The notes: generated by a model not told the origin, from the sequence alone. A stretch of 46,120 nucleotides of DNA, filler included, from Streblomastix strix (GCA_008636045.1; 2 parts of 2 records of this genome joined end to end with filler, not necessarily neighbours in it), one strand, 5' to 3'; shown: positions 1 to 13,864, numbered from the whole stretch's first letter. Translations and numbers: made by a program.

Positions 1-110
1 AAGAAGAAACTCGATTTTGACATGCAAGAAAGTGAGAAAGGAAGAAGAGGAAGCATATAATTAAAGTCAATTGAAATTTAAAAGATGAAATAAAATAATA
101 AAAAATAAGA
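1..110 (+). repeat. About 110-bp near-identical direct repeat, copy 1 (copy 2 at 1007-1116)
   Basis: aagaagaaactcgattttgacatgcaagaaagtgagaaaggaagaagaggaagcatataattaaagtcaattgaaatttaaaagatgaaataaa occurs at both 1 and 1007. Confidence 0.95.
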
Positions 111-3100
111 AATAAAAATAATTAAATTAAATTGAAAGAGAAAAAGAATAATAAAATGAAAATACTAAAAGAAACAATAAAAAATAAGATTATGATGAAG
201 AAATAGAATAAAAAACAAAAAAAGTGGGGAAAAAGAGTAAAAGAATATTAATAAAGAAATAAAAAGGAGGGTAGAAAGGAAATGATAATGAAAAGCGAAG
301 TTATAAAGATGGATAAAATGAAAAGGATAAACATAATGATGATAAAGAGGAAGAAGAAGAAGAAGAAAGAGAAATAGAAATAAGACAGATAAGAAAAAGA
401 AAGAAACCAAATGATGCAAAAAAAGAAAAAGAAAAAGAGTAAGAATAAGAGGTGAGTAAATAGGAAGAAAACAGTTAATTTGAGTAATCTCTAAAATCTT
501 CATTTAGAAATAATTAATAATCAACATCTTCAACTTTGTTGTTTTAAACTTAACAATAAATAGAATTAGATAAAAAATATTAATAATAATAATCAAGAAG
601 ATCCAGTTTATTATAATAAAATTAATATAATAATAATGTGGATGCATAATAATAAGAAAATAAATTATTAACATCAGTAGGATCAGATCTAAATAAAAAC
701 TTAAAAGGAAAAAGAAAGTACAGGAGAAGATCAAAAAGCAAAGATAGTAAACATAAGGAGGAATATTTAGAAAGATAAAGACAAAGGAACAGAGAAAGAG
801 ATTAAAGAGTGAAAAGATACCCAATAAATAAAGGAATAATGTCTCAGAACTCGTATTAATAATCAGTATCTTAATATGATTCAACTTCAGTATACTCTCA
901 TTATAATTATAGAAATAGAGATAAATTAAAGAACAAGTAAAAATAGAAAGGAAAAGGATTTTTAGCCACAGTAAAAGAATTTTTCAAACCAAAAAAAGAT
1001 AAATCAAAGAAGAAACTCGATTTTGACATGCAAGAAAGTGAGAAAGGAAGAAGAGGAAGCATATAATTAAAGTCAATTGAAATTTAAAAGATGAAATAAA
1101 CTAATAAAAAATAAGATAATAAAGAATAGGAGAAAAATATCCTTAAGAAAAAAGAAAAAGAAAAAGAAATGGAGAAAATGAATGAAAAAGAAAATTAAAG
1201 GTTGAAATAAAAAGGAAGAAAAGTTCATAAAGAAAAAGAAAAAGAAAGTGACTTTTCATTGTCGAGTGATGAAGAAGATTATTATTAAGTTAGAGAATAT
1301 AATTCAGATTATTATGATTCAGATTAAACAAGTGAAGATGAAATCGTTGAAATGAAGAAAAAAGGATTTATTCTGTTTGATAATGAATTATTAATATTAA
1401 TATATTATTTATTTTAATTTTTTATATTCAATTAAAATAGTAATTAAATAGAAGATGAGAATTGGGAAGTAAAATTCTTAAAAGAAATAGATTAGAAAGA
1501 AGTATTATGAATGATTATATTAAATATATAATTTTATTAATGTATAATTTTATTAAATTGTTCATTTATTATATTTATTTTTTTATTATTATTTATTATG
1601 CTTATTTATATATTGTTATTTATTTATTTATATTTAGTCATAATATGATAAAATTCCATCTCCAATTCGAAAAAGTTAGATAATAAGAAGCATCTTTGCT
1701 ACTTTTGTCCAGGTATATATTTATAAATGAATATTAGTATAATAAATAAATATGAATTATTATTTTTGAATACTTATTCTTCTTCACAATTATTTCATTA
1801 TTAAATAATTTTATAATATTATCATTCTTTTTAATTTATTTATTTATTTTTACTTAGATTGCTGTAATGATAATATTAATTGTTGTAGCTGCAGTATTAA
1901 TTAGCGATTATCAGACCATTGCTGCAAAAGTTGTTATTTCTGGTCTTCGAACCCCTGTATTATCATAAATACAATATTTTGCTATGAGGTATATTTATTT
2001 TATTATTAATATATATATTTCACTCACAACTATATTATCTTTATTATCATATTAATATAATAAATGATAGAATATTAATACATTATTAGTGTATAACTCC
2101 TCCTGAATTAATATAATTTAGTGGTATATCTAATCCAATTTGGAATGATAGTTAACATATTAGTAATGATAAGAAAGTATTAGTACCTATTTTGGCTGGT
2201 TTGTTAATATATAATATATTTCTTAATATTAGAAGTTATTAATATTTATATATATTTATTTTCTTTATAATATAATTATTATGTTATACAAAATAGAATT
2301 AGCAAATTATTTTAATAAGTTGCACATGAATATTCACTATGGCTAGACAATAAATAAAGAAACAGATAATTTATTTACCAGTAAATTAAATAGAGGAGGA
2401 AGGTATAATACATAAATATTATATAAAGAAAAATCATTTATTTATTTATTCATCACAATTATTATTTATTTATTCATCACAATTATTATTTATTTTTAAC
2501 TTTTTTCATGAAGAATAAATTAAAAATTAACTCAAGAAATATTATTTTCGGAAAAAGAATGCTATCTTGCAGCTGATCAAGATTGTGAAAATGTTGATCC
2601 TAACAGAATATTTTAAGTATATTAAATATATTAACATAATTTAACACATTATTGCTACTTCATCCATTTATGATTTTCTTCATTTTTCTTAATTGTTTTG
2701 AAATAGACTATGCAACCATAATTTGGACTCCAACTTCTTGTATAAAAGATGCTTCTCTTTATTGAATAATTAAAAGAAATGGACGTTGATGAAAGTATGA
2801 ATTAATTAAATTGATTATTAATTAAATAGAGTTTAATTATTATTAAAAGTAATGAGATCAATTAAATGACTTTATTTATATTCTATCGCTATATAATTTT
2901 TCTCTCTTATTTTGTTTATTTATTTGTATAGTAACTGAGACAAATGAAGAAATAAGATTTATTAATACTGCAATTAGATGGGATCTAAATTAAGGTTTGT
3001 TATTATACAAATCTAAATTTATATTATTTATTTGGATTGTATATATTAAAATTAAATAATATTTAGGATTAGAAGCATTAACAACATCTATAGTTAAAGA

Positions 3101-4670
3101 TGGATAAAATAAAGTAAAATCTGCAAAGAATGCTAATTTAATTCTTACAATTTTACTTGCTTTACTTGTAATTGGTATACTTAATAGATTTATAATTAAT
3201 TAATTTATATAAATTATTTATTTAAACTTATTCTCATAAAAATACCTATTATATTCTAATATAATATATATTCAATATTTCATTCTATATTAATAGGTAC
3301 ATTATTATTGGTCTCACTACCATGGTCTATATCAATGGGAGTATGTTAAGTTATTTATTTACAGTTTTATTAATTTAAAAAATAATGGATTAAAATATAT
3401 TCATATTATTCAGCTTGAAAGCTATAGATCGCACAGATTAATAGATTTAATGCCAATTGATAAAGAATAAAGAGAAATGAATTTCTTACCTTCAATGAGA
3501 ATGGGTGATTTACTATTAGATAATGAAAAAGAGAAATTGATTGACATTGCATAAGTATATTATTTAATTATGAATGTTAACTCCTGTACATTTAATATTA
3601 TTATATATATTTTTTATTTTATATTAATAATAAAGATCTTTGTAGATTCTATAAAGCATTGCGTTGATATAAATGAAGAAATATAATGTATTTTTATTTA
3701 TATATTTCAAATTACTACTTAAATATTTATTATTATTAATAATTTTATTTTTCTTTCATTAATATTTGTTTAATTTATATAGAAATTAGAGATAATCATG
3801 TTTAAGTTGTAATTTCAACATAGAAACTATTTAATCTTATTGAAAAAGTGATGGATGATTATGATTATGAGGATTATAAGTAAGAAAAACATTAATAGGT
3901 TTGATTTTATATACATTCTAATAAGAATTGAATAATAGGGGGAAAAACATCTTTTTCTTCATTATATTCTTTTTATTTTTTCTATCATTTATTTTTATTT
4001 AATTATTTATCCACATAATTAATAATTTAAACATTAGGAGCATATATTACTTTCACAAAGATTAACAATTCTCGGAGAATAGTTAAGGAAGATTGATGAA
4101 AGTATCAAAAATAAATTTAAAAAAAATAATAGTAATGTGAAATATCTAAAAAATTAATATTATTTTTATACTTTTTTTTTGAGTTTTCACATTATTATTA
4201 CATCTTATAATTATTATAAATAGATAATCAAAGAACATAACTATATATCTAGGACTTGAAAAAATAAGGATAAAAATTAGAAATAAAGAAAAGTATAGAA
4301 ATAATCATTTTATTTTAATATTCCTCATTTTTTCATTTTCTTTATTAAATATTTTATATTAATATTTTCAGTGAAGAAAATGAATCATAAATTGGCAGTT
4401 TTGAATGTTGTGAAGAAAATGATGATCAGGTTATATGATAGGAAATTTATAGAGGATGACATTGAACTGGCAATTGACCTTGGATTGAGGGAGACCTATA
4501 ATGGGGATGATGATGAATAAGACTAGGATAAAGGCTTGTAAATAAGTTAATTTTTAATTATTTGAATATTATAATTGATATTATATTTATTATTAATAAT
4601 AATAGATGGAGAAGAATTATAATAAGAATAATAAATGGATTCAGTTCAAGAGTTTGAAGTAGAAAATTGA
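1..4670 (+). CDS. 5'-partial multi-exon membrane protein with K/E/Q-rich low-complexity region and C-terminal degenerate hemerythrin-like domain
   Basis: With TAR=Gln, frame 2 is open from about 120 to 1390. Later exons read AAKVVISGLRTPVLSQIQYFAM, TAIRWDLNQG, hydrophobic ANLILTILLALLVIG/TLLLVSLPWS, FLPSMRMGDLLLDNEKEKLID, EKVMDDYDYEDYKQEKHQQ/EHILLSQRLTILGEQL and RLYDRKFIEDDIEL. Probable stop is TGA 4668-4670; the last-exon frame was chosen by composition. Confidence 0.65.
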
Positions 4671-4982
4671 ATTCAATGATTAGAAACCAAACGATTAAGA
4701 GTTTGACGAATATTTTCTTAGTTATTTATTTGCACTATCAGTTGATTTCATAATTGCTTTGAATTTTTTTTACCAAATGTATTTATTAGTATTTCAATAT
4801 ATTGATATATCTCTTAAATTTTATTTTAAAGTACTTAAATTTATTTAATAAAAAATTAAAGAAATTTTGGTATTTATCATAACGCCAGACAATTATCGAT
4901 GAAATAAAAAATTTACGCTTTTTTCCAGACTGTACTTTATTTAAATATTTAAATTTGTAATTATTTTTCTTATAACACAGTT

Positions 4983-7900
4983 ATGTTGATATTTCCATTA
5001 CTTATTGCAGGTATAAGCTGTATCCGTGTGCCTTAATTCCTGTTTTTTTTATTTTCCGTATTTTATTTTTTATCAGCCTAAACAATCATATCTGGAGGAA
5101 AGAAAACTACCACAGTAGATTTCTCAGAAACACGAATTCTTTACTCCGTTGCAGATATCACAGAAAGCCCTCCTATTAGGCGATGGCCACAACTTCAAAA
5201 TGAAACGCTCTGTGAAGAAAGAAGGAGTGCCATTAGAGATGCATTTTAGTGTGCATGGGAGTCATACACACGAGATGCTTGGGGTAATGATGAGGTGAAG
5301 CCACTGACGCGAACCAATTCAAACTGGTTGGGCGGATTTGGAACAACAATAATTGATTCCATATCAACAATGAAGATCATGGGCTTAGATTCGCAATACG
5401 AAAAAGCTAAAGAATGGGTATCATAGATGGAAATGTACCGTAATACAATCACTTCACTCTTTGAAACAGGAATAAGAATCCTAGCTGGGTTAATATCAGC
5501 CTATGATATGACTGGAGAACTGATGTTCTTAAAGAAGGCAGAATAGATTGGAGATATTCTGATTACTAACTATGAGACGAATAAGGAGACTGGAATCCCA
5601 ATGTATGTCAGAGAGAGAAGATGTAATTATTATATATATATTATATTACTTTATTTATATATTCATTTATTCAGTAATAAAGTCTATGTAGGAAAACCCT
5701 AGAAAAAAGAAACATATAAGTATTCATAAATAATATTTAATGAAAATGAAAATATTTTCCTCTTTTTCCTTATATTTCATTTAATCAGGATTCGAAAAGT
5801 GCAAATTTTAGAAGAAATTGAAGATAAAAATGTATGAAAAACTACATTAAATTGAATAATATTTTATGTTATTCTATAATTTCATATTATTTTATGTTAT
5901 TCTATAATTTCATATTATTTTACTATATTCTATAATTTCATATTATTTTATTATATTATCACAACTTATAGTCATATCTCTCAGATCCAAAACCAATCTT
6001 CTTTAATCCAAATAATACTGATCTTCTTCCCACTCAATAATCATCATAAACTAATTCATAATAATCTCAACATCTTAATTAATTCTAAGAACAATAAAAA
6101 ATATTATCCAAACAATTTGGCAAAGAATTAATGAATTTACTTTTGATGAATAAATAAGATAAGGATAAGGATAAGAATAAAGTCAATTTAGAAGAAAATA
6201 AAGAGATTGTTAGTGAAGAAGAAAGTATGAATATATTTTCCTATTTATTTATTTAATACAATTATTATTATAGATGCCTATATTGCAGAGTTTGGTTTAT
6301 GGGTTGAATTTGTGGCTCTTTCTGATAGAACAGGTTAGTATTCATTAATAAATAAGATAATAACAATATTAATTAAATAAATATTTCTATTATATCTTCT
6401 GATCATCATATTTATTATTATTAGGAGATCCTCATTATGCATTTCATGCTCTTAGATCACTTTAGAGTGTGCTTCTTATCCCATAAAAGAAAAGAGGAGA
6501 AATATTGAGGTTTATTTTGTTACAATTATAAGGATAAATAATAATAATAAAGGATTAATTCAGATTAATTAATTTAATTAAATAAGACTATTTATTAATT
6601 ATATTTATGATATAATATATCTCACTTTCATATTTATTAGACGAGTGTCATTAAATGCATCCTCATATACAGAATAATGCTTTTCAGTTGGTGCAATGGC
6701 TGATTCATTCTTTGAATATTTAATTAAGGAAGAAATATATTTGGGCGAATCTTATTAATTGAAGTATAAATATATGAACTAATAAGTAAATTATACATGA
6801 ATAATAAAATAATTATATTATGGCATTTATCATTTTCCTGTATTAATCATTTATTTTAATGTTTCTTTTCTTAATTTCAACAGTTTATATAACGGTCCTA
6901 TTAATACAACAGAAGATAAAAAGGATAATTAAACAAATAGTAATGAAAATGATAAATTAAACAAATAAGAAAATAAAGATAACAAACCTGAAAAGAAAGA
7001 AAAGGTATAAATTAAGGATAATGATGATGGATTCAATTACAAATAGCATAATTAGTAAGATATTAAAGTTAAAGAAGTAAAAGAATTGAATTTCAGTAAT
7101 AATAATATAATTGAATAATAGAATAATACAGATCAAGATGATAGCGAAGATTATATTGTATATGTTGATGAATATAAAAGACTTTCTTTGCATTGGATAG
7201 ATACTATGCTAGCATTTGATTCTAAAATGAGAGTAAGATTAACTCCTGATTATTTAACTGATAAAGTTGAAGATTAAAAAGAAACAGTGAATGAAGAAAG
7301 AATCAATTCAGAAAACATTGATATAAACAGTAAAGAAAAAGATGAATATCTTCCTCCATTGGATCTAAGATGGATATCAGGCACTGATTGTACATCCAAT
7401 AAATTCACTCACTTATCATGTTTTGTTCCTGGGAATCTTGCATTAGGATCATATTACTTGAATAACTATACATTACCAGATAAATAACTTATAAATAAAG
7501 TGAAGAAGATGAACAGTCATTTGGATCAATTGAAGTTGGGTTGGGAGAGAATAATAGAAGAAGAAAGAAGAAAAGATGAGAAGGAGAAATAATAAGAGAA
7601 ATAATAAGAGAAGGATAAAGAATAAGAGAAATAGAAACTGAATGAGAGTTTGGAAGAAGAAGAATAAGAATAATAGATGACAATGTTTATGAGAATAAAA
7701 TATAAGATAATTAAATGGATTAAGTTGAATACATAAAAAGTAATAAGCATATTTAAGATAAATAAGAAGAGCAGATTAGAAAGAAAGAAGAAAGAAATTG
7801 AAGAATAAATGAAATTGGAGGAATAAATTGAATTGAATAAGAAAATAAGAGAAGAAGAAATAAGGAAAAGAAAAATTTAGGAATAAGAATAATAATAACA

Positions 7901-9203
7901 AAATTAAACGTAATAAACTCAATAATAAAATTAATCTCAATAATAAAACTTAACATAATAATAGTCATAATAATCCTAATAACAATCTCATAACAAATCC
8001 TCATCTCAATAATCTCGTATTCCCCCATCACAATACCCAATAATATCTCCAGTGATCATCGCCAGGTTGCATCAATTAGCTGTTGACTTGGGAGAGACAT
8101 GTTATTCAATGTATTCTAACTCACCATCTGGACTACCAGGAGAATGGATTGATATGGAGGCTCTTGATAAGTAGAGTGAATAGAAGGACAATAAACAGGA
8201 ATTGAATAAAGATGATAATAAAGATAAGAAGAAAGATAAGATAAATAAATAAAGAGAAGGAAAAGGAGAAATAGAAGTTGTTGAAGAAGGAAAAGAAAAG
8301 AAGAAATGGAAACAAAATGAAACAAAACTGAATTAAACATCTTCTAATAACACTTCACAAAACTAATCAATATAAATTAATTCAAATATATAATAATAGC
8401 AGTAATAACAGGAATAATTAAAAACAGAACCAAAACATCATCCTAATATAACAGTTATCAATACATAAGAAGATTTAATTAATACGATTAATAAGAATAA
8501 TTCTAATAATTTAATTAGTACCAACTTAACATTAACAGAATGGAGGCAACTTCCAAGTATTAAAGGCGATGATAGATTCATGTTGAGACCCGAAGTTGTT
8601 GAGAGCCTTTTCTATTTGTACAGGTGTGTATTTAGATTGATTAAATATTATATGAATTAAAAAATAGATTAATTAATATTTAATGAATATTTTTATTTAA
8701 ATTTAAATATAACAGAACTACAGGAGACATTAAATATTAAGAAAGAGCATGGAAAATATTTCAGGTTGTTATTATTATTTATTATTTCGTTCACATTTTT
8801 ATATTTTTTTATCTATCATATATTTTATTATTAAATATTAACTTTTTATTAGTCAATAGAAAAGCATTGTAAATTAGTGCCATCATATCCAAAAACATAT
8901 GATGGAGCCTGTTAAATGAATAATTATTAGTAATCATCAACATAAATATAATCAGCATCATAGAGATATTAATCATAATAATAACAACCTTCTCATCTCA
9001 AAGGATATGCAGAACTATCAGAGTCCAATTCTCTTAAACCGTCTCTTTATGATTCACAACCAAGTTTCTTCTTAGCAGAAACCTTAAAGTATCTTTATTT
9101 GATATTCAGTGACCCAGCAACTGTAATTCCTCTGGATTAATGGGTATTCACAACAGAGGCACATCCAATTGTTAGGAGAAAGTATCTAAGAAAAAGAATA
9201 TGA
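4983..9203 (+). CDS. Class I alpha-1,2-mannosidase (glycoside hydrolase family 47), multi-exon, with long Q/N/K/E insertions
   Basis: Signal-like [12 protein letters not shown]47 motifs: [134 protein letters not shown] at 9201-9203. Confidence 0.93.
5859..5950. repeat. Intronic tandem repeat, about 26-bp unit (tattctataatttcatattatttta), about 3 copies
   Basis: Read directly from the sequence. Confidence 0.8.
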
Positions 9204-9967
9204 ATTGAGAAAGATGATACAGAAATATAGAATGAAAAGTAAAAAGATTAATTAGAAATAAAAGAAATGTAAGATTTAATTTAAGATAAGAATAATTAAA
9301 TATTTTAATTGGGAAATGATGAGAAAGAATTTAAAGAGAATTATCAATATATAGAAACAAAAGAAGAAGAGAATTAATAAAAATAATCAAAATACAATTT
9401 ATTATAAAAGATAAATTAATGGTATGAAAATAGGAAGAGTATTAATATAGAAAGGAAATAAAAGGAATTAGAAAAGAAAGAAGAAAAAAAAGAAAAAAGG
9501 AAGAAGAATAATCAAATAAATTAAAATAGAAGTAGAAGATTAATTAAACATTGATATAAGAGAATGAATTATGAAACAATATTAATAAGAAGGAAGAATA
9601 AATGAATGAAATATGAAGAAAGAATAAAACATTTGAATGAGTGATTATCTCCATTTCACATTATAATTTATGTCCTGTCAATCAAATTTTATTATTTATA
9701 AATTGTCATTTTGTACACATTTTCTTTTTTTATACATAATTTATTCTTTAATAAATTCTTCTCTGTTTTATTTTGCTTATATTTACTTATATTTATCTTT
9801 TAAAGAGTGAAGCAAATATTATCATCAAACATTCACATAAATAAACAATATAATAATGAATATTTACAAAACCATTTTTTTAAGAATTTCTTTATTATTT
9901 CAAATTAAGAGTAAATTTAATAGCGAAACTAATAATAAAATGAGGAAGATAAATACACTGAGTTATA

Positions 9968-12710
9968 TCAATACTTCTTCATCTTTTTTGCTTAATATTC
10001 TTCAGCTTTTTGTTTGGCCAACTCAAGAATAGATTCATCTAATTTAAATTAAGTTGATGTTATGTCAGAATTCTTCTTATCTTTCTCATTCTTCTCATCT
10101 GGTTATGATCCGCGTACTTTTAACTTCTTTTATTGGAGTTTCTTCTGAATCTGTTCCTGTTTCCTCTTCTTTATGACATCAATTGCAATTCCCTTTCCTT
10201 ATTCTCCTTCTTCTTATTTATCCATTTGTGGTTCTTATCCAGTTTCATTTCTTTTTTGTTTCTTTTCTCCATCTTCTGATTCATCTGAGAATTCATAATT
10301 CTTTTCAATATCAATTTAATCTTCATCTTAAATATAATCTTCATCTTCATCTTTTCTAATCCTTTTATTTCCTTATACTACTCCAGTATTATTTAATTCT
10401 TTATCTTATTATTCATTCTCTTATTATTCTTCTTCTCTTGTTCTTTTAATTGGTTTTAATTAATCTAAATCTTTACTATCAAATTAATCATCATTTATAT
10501 AATTATCTTATTCTTAATCTTATTATTAATTACTCTTCTAATTTCTATTCTTCTTTTATTACTTATTCTTATTTTGTTCTCTTCCTCTATTGTTATTGTT
10601 GTTGTTATTATTATTATTATTATTACTTCTTTCTTAATCATTCTGATAATTAAATCCTATCTGATTACTCTAAGTTACTTCCATAATTGGGATCCCCCAC
10701 ATTGTAAGACACTATTCCCTGACTTGTTATTGATTCACAGGAACAAGATTATCATTCCTGATGTATCTGAGTATATTCTCTAATCCTTCTTTCTACTATT
10801 GAGCTATTGTTATATTGGAATTACGAATGAATTGAATGAATTGGTTGGGTATTTGTGTTACTGGGTATAAATGAGTAATTTAATTTGGAGGTTAAGGTTT
10901 AGATGAAGAAGAAGATGAAGAAGAAGATGATGATTAAGAAGAAGATGATTAAGATGATTATTTATTCTATTTCTAAAGAGCAAGTTTGTTGATCATGTAA
11001 TTAACATAGAGAAGATATTCAAATATATTCTCTACTTGATCTGAACCTGAATCTTTTTTAATTTTAATATCACTTTTTCTATCTTGATTTTAATCTTAAT
11101 TATCTTCCCAATTCCTTCTCAAATATTTAACCATAATATTCTTTCTTTATTAATTAGCTTATTTTTCATCTTCTTCTGTCCAAACTAATTCATTATCATT
11201 TTCTTATCCTTTTTATTATTAATCTTTTTCCATTACTTTCTCTTTTGATTTATTTATTCTACTTGTTTCACTTATCATTCTTTGATCTAATAAGAATCCT
11301 CTACATAATACATATCTTTCAGAATTAGCAGGTCTTGATTATAATGGTTTAATTATTGCAAATGAACTGAATACAGTACTTAGTAAGTAAAGTAATTCAA
11401 CAGTGAATGGTGTATATACATCAAATATCTTGCATAAGAAAGTACCTCCTTATCTAAGTACCCCCAATGCTGTTGTGAATTAACATAGGACAAGTTGACG
11501 GAGTTTTAATTCTTAACTATTATAGTCATCATCAACACTGAATCCACCATCTGCAGTTACAAGACTTACGCCAATTCCTCCTGTTTATGTCATAATAACT
11601 TATCTAAATGCACGAATATTGGCTTCCCTTGTCACATCCCCATTTGAATGTGGTCCATATATTGGATGAAACTTATCAGGTGGAGACAAAGCACCAAATA
11701 AATCAAGTTTGAAGTCATCCTGTCCAGTGAGTGTGAATCCCCATCCACGAGCTTATCCCTGACATCTCCAACATATGTATTCAGTGAACCCACCTGGACC
11801 TGCACAAATATCAGCATATGTATCCAGAGGGTGTGGAATGAACATTGGAAGTGCAGACATCCTCTCAGAGACTATATCTTCACGTACAAGCCCAAACAGT
11901 GAGTCCAAATTGGCCATCTTCATAGCTGCTCTATTCTGGAATATCTCTTTCCCTATCTTTTCATATGGGTTACTCTTTGATCGAGCTGTGCGGAATAACT
12001 TTGGTGGGACATCATCAAAGGATGATTTCAATTTGAATATTCGATCAACAAGCACAGATTCTCCAAATGTATCTGAATCAATCTAAGGAAGTTTGGATTC
12101 CTGTATTACCCATGATTTATGATAACCTTATAATGATCTTTATGCACTCAAATCAAATTCACATATAATATCTACTAGTCTAATCTCTCTATGAATGTCC
12201 ATATCTTCATCTAGATCTATATCTCCAGTATCAACCTTCTCTTTCTAACCTTTGAATCCTATACCTCTTCTATCTCCATCTAATTATGCATTTAGCATTG
12301 GAGCAAGTGGATCAATAGTTAATTTAGATGTATTTTTGGATTCTTCTTCTTCTTTTGCTTTTCTTTCTGCACGCATCTTATTTAGTAAATTATCAAATAT
12401 CTCTTTAACCTGAATGTATAGAAAGTTTAATACAATTAAATTAGTTAAACAAAAAATATAGTCATACAGCATTGGGATTGTTAGTCGAACGCAAAAATTT
12501 CCTTCTTCTGAAAAAGTCGGGAGGTGGTCGAGGATCTAGATCTATCATCCATTTAGGATCCATATATGTTTTATTACTAGGGTTGTACAGATTATCAGGA
12601 TCTCTAAATTAAATCCATTAATCATTAGTTTGATACTACGCGTACCGATTGTTTCGCGTGTCTTTCTCTGGCCTTTTTCCTGTACTTGAAGATCTCTGCT
12701 GCTGTGCCAT
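9968..12710 (-). CDS. CMTR1: Cap-specific mRNA (nucleoside-2'-O)-methyltransferase 1-like (FtsJ/RrmJ family)
   Basis: FQNRAAMKMANLD, ADICAGPGGFTEY, GFTL, GDVT, LVTADGGF, QELKLRQLVLCQ, GGTFLCKIFD and KPLQSRPANSERY give the K-D-K-E tetrad. ATG at 12710, one intron at 12410-12467, TGA at 9968-9970, long low-complexity C-terminus. Confidence 0.92.
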
Positions 12711-12822
12711 TACTACTGACCTAATATACAACAAAATAGGTTAAATTTAATGAATAATAAACTTAAAACATAAAAATAATTAAATTGAATCAGAGTGTAT
12801 CAAAAAAGTAATTTAGGATTTC

Positions 12823-12857
12823 TTTAAAACGCGTCAGTGATTTTAAAACGCGTCAGT
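12823..12857. promoter_or_regulatory. Tandem duplicated TTTAAAACGCGTCAGT motif upstream of CMTR1
   Basis: Two exact 16-bp copies (12823-12838 and 12842-12857), CpG-containing in very AT-rich DNA, about 115 bp 5' of the CMTR1 ATG. A regulatory role is inferred only. Confidence 0.45.
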
Positions 12858-12879
12858 AAAATTTTACCCCTTGTTCAGT

Positions 12880-13230
12880 ATATATATTTGTATAGTAAAT
12901 ATGTCAATGATGAATGTTTAGCTTGGAGTATTTCTAGTAACGCACTACACCAAGAAATACAGGTAGATTTTGTAAATTCATAATGTTTCGCTTGTTTTAG
13001 ATAGCATTAAAGTATTTGAAAATATAAAATTTCAAGTTAAAAGCATTAAGTTCAACAAATTATTATTAAATAAATTCATAAAAGCTTTTATTGGTGTAGA
13101 AACTGGCAGTTCAATTGTGAGAAATTTTCCAAAATCAAGTTACATTTATTTCTAAAATTATAATGAAATTAAGAAGATTATAATAGTATAATTAAAAATA
13201 ATTTGTAAAATAAATGCTTTCCATTGATGC
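12880..13230 (+). pseudogene. Degraded intronless ORF fragment, possibly part of the viral element
   Basis: Coding-like pieces in two frames: YSKYVNDECLAWSISSNALHQEIQVDF and DSIKVFENIKFQVKSIKFNKLLLNKFIKAFIGVETGSSIVRNFPK. No clear start codon. Confidence 0.3.
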
Positions 13231-13261
13231 TTATGATTGATGAGAAAAATAAATGTTGTAC

Positions 13262-13864
13262 TCATTAGAAAAGTTCAAACTCGTGTATAACCTTCGTGTG
13301 TTATATTGGTTATTCCTCATTCATCTACTCCTAAGGAGAAACATTTTCTTTCAATATTTCTGACTTATGTTCGATTGGTTGAACTTCCTTCTACTTTAGT
13401 TACTTAAGTTTATTTTTATATTTTTATATTTGTTTCTATGATTGTATGTGTTATTCTTTTATAAATTTGTTTTCTGTTCTTAACTGTATTAGTTCTTCAA
13501 AATCTAGTTAAGGATTAGTGTAGTTAATATTTGGAGCTTTTTATTAATGTTTTTACTTGGTGTTTTTATTCATTACTTTAGGCTTTACTTTAGGAATAGT
13601 TTCTTCTTCATCATCAGCATCGTCATCTTATTCATCTGTGTTGTCTTCATCATTCATATACATTAGACGGGTGTCGACAGGCTTAGGTTGCGGACGTATA
13701 GCCAATAGCTTATTCTATTGTGCTTGAGTCAGCACCTTAGGACCTTTATAACCATCTTCATATACCTTAATCTACTTGCCTACTTACATGATATAACCAT
13801 TGTTGAAGCTCTCTAATGAAGTGCCGTTTTCTTTTAATTTTCTTAGTGCATGTGATTTGTCCAT
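13262..13864 (-). CDS. Viral-element hypothetical protein, 200 aa, with acidic tract and coiled coil
   Basis: Uninterrupted with TAR=Gln: MDKSHALRKLKENGTSLESFNNGYIMQVGKQIKVYEDGYKGPK...DEDNTDEQDDDADDEEE...HEFELFQ, then TGA. Start context TAAATG. Confidence 0.75.

Noticed and set aside
165..884. Hydrophobic F/L/I-rich minus-strand ORFs in the track (also 6957-8340 and the plus-strand ones at 10450-10783)
   Set aside because: They are antisense shadows of K/E/Q-rich exons on the opposite strand, not membrane proteins.
4983..12710. General reassignment of TGA to Trp (all three stops read as sense)
   Set aside because: All Trp codons I checked in intact GH47, CMTR1, Tctex-1 and RRM exons are TGG, and those genes end at TGA. 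Internal TGAs occur only in decayed loci.
9968..12710. CMTR1 as a viral capping gene belonging to the adjacent element
   Set aside because: It has a spliceosomal intron, host-type low-complexity inserts and a host-type start context.
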